From Dinoroseobacter phage DS-1410Ws-06: DNA of 32,000 bases. A program made the translations under genes and the position numbers. How positions within the stretch are numbered: the first letter of the stretch is position 1; every line of letters begins with the position of its first letter. The DNA is taken from the sequence record KU885988.1; one strand, written 5' to 3'. The notes under the pieces are model-generated. The model saw nothing but the letters and a program-made list of their open reading frames with translations, was not told where the DNA came from and ran no database searches. Shown piece by piece: positions 28,943 through 32,000 of the stretch.

Positions 28943-31130
28943 CTTCTATGATCGTTCTGTCATCGAAAATATACCGCACCACCCAGCAATGGAAGAGTTG
29001 GTGGATCTCCTGTGTCACCGTACAGGCAACGTGAATCGTGATTTCTTTCAGGCCGAGGTAGCTTACTTCCTTGGCTTGATGCCCGCTGCAATGCGGACAA
29101 CGATCAACAGCCCTGAGCGTGGCAAGATCCCCATCAACATCTATTCGATTGCCTTGGCCACATCTGGCTTCGGTAAGGGTCACTCTGTCTCTCTGATGGA
29201 GCAGGTGCTGCAAGATTTTCGAGAAGACTACATGCACGGCAGCTTCTACCAGCTTGCTGAGCAGAATCTGTTCGACCTCGCTGTAGACATTGCAGCAGCA
29301 AAGGGGGGTGACGAAGCCAAAGAAAAAGAGGCTCTCGACAACGACTTCAAAAAGCAGGGTCATGCACCGTTCATCTTTGACTCTGGTACTGGTCCTGCTG
29401 TGAAGCAGTTGCGGTACAAGCTCTTGCTCGCTGGAGCAGGCTCAATCAATTTCCAAATGGATGAGATCGGCTCCAATCTTCTGGGCAACAACGAAGTGTT
29501 GAACGTGTTCCTCGAACTCTATGACCTTGGCAAGATCAAAGCCAAGCTCGTGAAGAACACCCCAGACAACGAACGTGGCATGGACATCGGTGGTATGACA
29601 CCAGCCAACATGCTCATGTTCGGAACCAACAGCAAACTGTTCGACGGAGCCAAGGTGGAAGAAGAGTTTTACTCTATGCTTTCAACTGGTTACGCTCGAC
29701 GTTGCTTCTTCGGGATCGGTAAATCCGAGACCAAATTCGCCACGGTGGATCCAGAGGACGTGTACAACGGTCTCGTGTCCAAGAATCAGAGCATCGCTCT
29801 GACCAAGTGGCGTACCTATTTCCAGAGGTTCGCTGACCCACGGTATCACAAGCTCGAACTCGACGTGCCGAAAGCTGTGGGTGTGGAACTGACTGCGTAT
29901 CGTCTTCAGTGTGAAGCTGAGGCGAACGCCATGCCCGAGCATGAGGAAATCCGGAAAGCAGAACTCTCGCACAGGTACTTCAAATCCCTGAAACTGGCGG
30001 GTGTCTATGCATTCATCGACGAGTCGCCTGAAATTACCGACACTCACCTACGGCAAGCCATCAAGGTAGCCGAAGAGTCAGGTGCGTCGTTCCAGAAACT
30101 GCTGAAGCGGGAACGGAACTTCGTTCGATTGGCGAAGTACATTGCGGCTGCACCGGATAACCTCACTCACGCGGACCTCGTGGAAGACCTTCCGTATTAC
30201 CCCACCTCTACGGTGGCACGGAAGGAGATGATGGACTTGGCTATGGCATGGGGCGTGAGCAATCACGTCGTCATCACCAAGAACGTCGTCCAGAGTGTGG
30301 AGTTCTTCAGTGGTTCAACACTGCAAGAGACTGATCTGAACAAGCTGATCTTCAGCATGTCAGACCACTTCGCATACGATTATGAACCTCAGCAGCGTAG
30401 CCTAGAGGACTTGGAGAAGCTGTTCAAAGCAGACGGACTCCACTGGGCAAACCATACGTTCGAAGGTGAGCATCGTTCGGAGGATAAGGTCGTTCCGGGC
30501 TTCAATATGATCGTCATCGACATCGACGGCGATATGTATGACAAGAACGGAAACCAGATCAAACATGCAATCCGTAAGGAGATGGTGCATGATCTGCTGA
30601 AGGACTTCACCTTTGCCACATACACGACGAAGAGTCACACAGACGAAGAGCATCGGTTCCGACTGATCATCCCGACCAACTATGTCCTGCATCTGGACAA
30701 GGATGATTACAAGGAATTCATGGACTCTTTTGCTCTGTGGCTTCCATTCGATTCGGATACTGCTGCAAACCAGCGTAGCCGGAAGTGGAGAACCAATCCT
30801 CTCGGAGAGGTTCACATCAACCGTGGCCCACAAGTCCTTGATGTCCTACCGTTTATTCCGAAAACCAAGGCCAACAATGAGTATGTTCAACAGGTCGCAG
30901 ATCTGGGGAATCTTGATGCTCTGGAGCGTTGGTTCTTGAACAACATGGACGTTGGGAATAGAAACAACCACCTGCTCAACTACGCAATGATGCTGAAGGA
31001 TGGGGGACTCCCATTCGATGAGGTAGAGGCGAAAACCCTCGATCTCAACAAGAGGTGTCACGCTCCGCTGAAGCAGGACGAACTCTACTCGACTGTCTTG
31101 AAGTCGGTTGGTTCGAAATACTCGACGTAA
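28935..31130 (+). CDS. Replication protein: N-terminal P-loop (DUF3987/helicase-like) ATPase + archaeo-eukaryotic-type primase + PriCT-like C-terminus
   Basis: ATG at 28935 (MTDFYDRSV...) overlaps the upstream gene by 8 nt. Candidate Walker A 'ATSGFGKGHS' and Walker B 'INFQMDEIG'. AEP-like 'FNMIVIDIDGD' (DxD) and 'YTTKSHTDEEHRFRLIIP' (sxH plus basic motif). The C-terminal 'NRNNHLLNYAMMLKDGGLPFDEVEAKTLDLNKRCHAPL' is PriCT-like. Confidence 0.7.
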   Translation: MTDFYDRSVIENIPHHPAMEELVDLLCHRTGNVNRDFFQAEVAYFLGLMPAAMRTTINSPERGKIPINIYSIALATSGFGKGHSVSLMEQVLQDFREDYMHGSFYQLAEQNLFDLAVDIAAAKGGDEAKEKEALDNDFKKQGHAPFIFDSGTGPAVKQLRYKLLLAGAGSINFQMDEIGSNLLGNNEVLNVFLELYDLGKIKAKLVKNTPDNERGMDIGGMTPANMLMFGTNSKLFDGAKVEEEFYSMLSTGYARRCFFGIGKSETKFATVDPEDVYNGLVSKNQSIALTKWRTYFQRFADPRYHKLELDVPKAVGVELTAYRLQCEAEANAMPEHEEIRKAELSHRYFKSLKLAGVYAFIDESPEITDTHLRQAIKVAEESGASFQKLLKRERNFVRLAKYIAAAPDNLTHADLVEDLPYYPTSTVARKEMMDLAMAWGVSNHVVITKNVVQSVEFFSGSTLQETDLNKLIFSMSDHFAYDYEPQQRSLEDLEKLFKADGLHWANHTFEGEHRSEDKVVPGFNMIVIDIDGDMYDKNGNQIKHAIRKEMVHDLLKDFTFATYTTKSHTDEEHRFRLIIPTNYVLHLDKDDYKEFMDSFALWLPFDSDTAANQRSRKWRTNPLGEVHINRGPQVLDVLPFIPKTKANNEYVQQVADLGNLDALERWFLNNMDVGNRNNHLLNYAMMLKDGGLPFDEVEAKTLDLNKRCHAPLKQDELYSTVLKSVGSKYST

Positions 31131-31139
31131 GGAGAAACC

Positions 31140-31874
31140 ATGACAGACATCAATCCTCACAGCCTCCTGATCTGTGGTGAGTCAGGGGCAGGTAAATCCA
31201 TGTCCCTGTACGAACTGCGTGATCGCACGGATGTGCTGTACTTCAACTGCGAGGGTGGTAAACCACTGCCCTTCAAAAACAAGTTCAAGAACAAGGTGAT
31301 CTCTGATCCTGAAGATATCATCGACATGCTCGAAGAGCTTGCAGAGATGGGTTCTGATAACCCGTTCAACTTCATCGTCATCGACACCATCAGTTTCATG
31401 ATGGACATGTATGAGACCGTCCATGTGCTGGGAGCACGGGACACACAAAAGATGTGGGGTCTCTACGGTCAGTTCTTCAAACGGCTGATCAACGTGTCGT
31501 CGAAGGTCGATGGGTTCTTCATCTACCTTGGCCACCTTGACCGTTATCTGGACGAGGAAGCAGGGATGATGCGTACCAGCGTGCCTGTGAAGGGTGCTCT
31601 GGCCAAGAAGGGCTTGGAAGCCTACTTCACCACAGTGATCAACGTCAGCAAGATGACCGTCAAGGATCTCCAGAAGACTCCGAATGACATGCTGAACATC
31701 ACTGAGGATGATGAAGAGCTTGGTTTCAAGCACGTCTTCCAGACCCGAACCACCAAGAAAACAATTGGTGATCGGATCCGCTCTCCCATGGGGATGTGGA
31801 AGAAAGAGGAGTTGTACATCGACAATGACATCGCTCCTGTCATCAAACGCATGATCGAATACTACGAAGAGTAA
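31140..31874 (+). CDS. AAA_24/Sak4-like RecA-fold ATPase
   Basis: Walker A 'LLICGESGAGKSMSL'. Walker B-like 'NFIVIDTISF'. Size (244 aa) and position next to the primase fit phage Sak4-type single-strand annealing/recombination ATPases. Confidence 0.7.
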   Translation: MTDINPHSLLICGESGAGKSMSLYELRDRTDVLYFNCEGGKPLPFKNKFKNKVISDPEDIIDMLEELAEMGSDNPFNFIVIDTISFMMDMYETVHVLGARDTQKMWGLYGQFFKRLINVSSKVDGFFIYLGHLDRYLDEEAGMMRTSVPVKGALAKKGLEAYFTTVINVSKMTVKDLQKTPNDMLNITEDDEELGFKHVFQTRTTKKTIGDRIRSPMGMWKKEELYIDNDIAPVIKRMIEYYEE

Positions 31875-31930
31875 CTTTGCTTTCGTGGTCTTTGACCAAT
31901 GATAACCTCATGAAACAGAAGGAAAAACTC

Positions 31931-32000
31931 ATGGGAAACATTTTCGCAAACAAGAAGCCTGTTGCAACCGAGAAAGTCGAAGACGACTACATCGGTGGCG
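31931..32000 (+). CDS. Start of a further gene, 3'-truncated by window end (function unknown; an SSB would fit N4-like synteny)
   Basis: AAGGA (31918-31922) lies 8 nt before the ATG at 31931. Translation: MGNIFANKKPVATEKVEDDYIGG..., open to the window end. An in-frame ATG at 31910 lacks an SD. Confidence 0.35.
   Translation, partial: MGNIFANKKPVATEKVEDDYIGG

Noticed and set aside
31910-31930. Upstream in-frame ATG (31910) as the start of the last partial gene.
   Set aside because: It has no SD-like sequence, whereas the ATG at 31931 has AAGGA at 8 nt. I kept it only as an alternative.

Overview
The window reads as one contiguous piece of a tailed dsDNA phage genome, roughly 45-53% GC from the few 60-nt lines I counted. 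Every credible gene is on the + strand. Gene junctions are very short or overlapping (many ATGA-type overlaps). Three clear rho-independent terminators divide the window into transcription units.

Content, in order:
(i) A 5'-truncated HExxH-metallopeptidase/VWA gene, a dCTP deaminase, a dNMP-kinase::ThyX fusion, and an HTH-metallophosphoesterase.
(ii) A ~7.5 kb tail-fibre/lectin-domain cassette, including a 1364-aa multi-domain fibre. It appears to be co-transcribed with a MazG-like NTP pyrophosphohydrolase and a thioredoxin.
(iii) rIIA/rIIB homologues as a separate terminator-flanked unit.
(iv) An accessory stretch with a free-standing HNH endonuclease, two membrane proteins that are missing or mis-started in the ORF track, a conserved FGSN-motif protein, and several tiny overlapping ORFs.
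(v) A class II (B12-type) ribonucleotide reductase, followed by a 255-nt hairpin-rich non-coding gap and an ORF that is somewhat AT-richer in the lines I counted.
(vi) A replication module: a Dda/RecD-like helicase, a family A DNA polymerase, a Cas4-like PD-(D/E)XK nuclease, an ATPase-AEP primase-PriCT protein, a Sak4/AAA_24-like ATPase, and the start of one more gene.

The gene order resembles what I recall of the middle (replication) region of N4-like podoviruses (Schitoviridae), possibly marine. I cannot verify this without a database search.

I saw no rRNA, tRNA, CRISPR array, integrase, transposase or reverse transcriptase. The most unusual items are the fibre cassette sitting among nucleotide-metabolism genes, the kinase::ThyX fusion, the membrane-protein pair at 18.3-19.0 kb, the micro-ORF cluster at 19.4-20.4 kb, and the structured gap at 22.8-23.1 kb.
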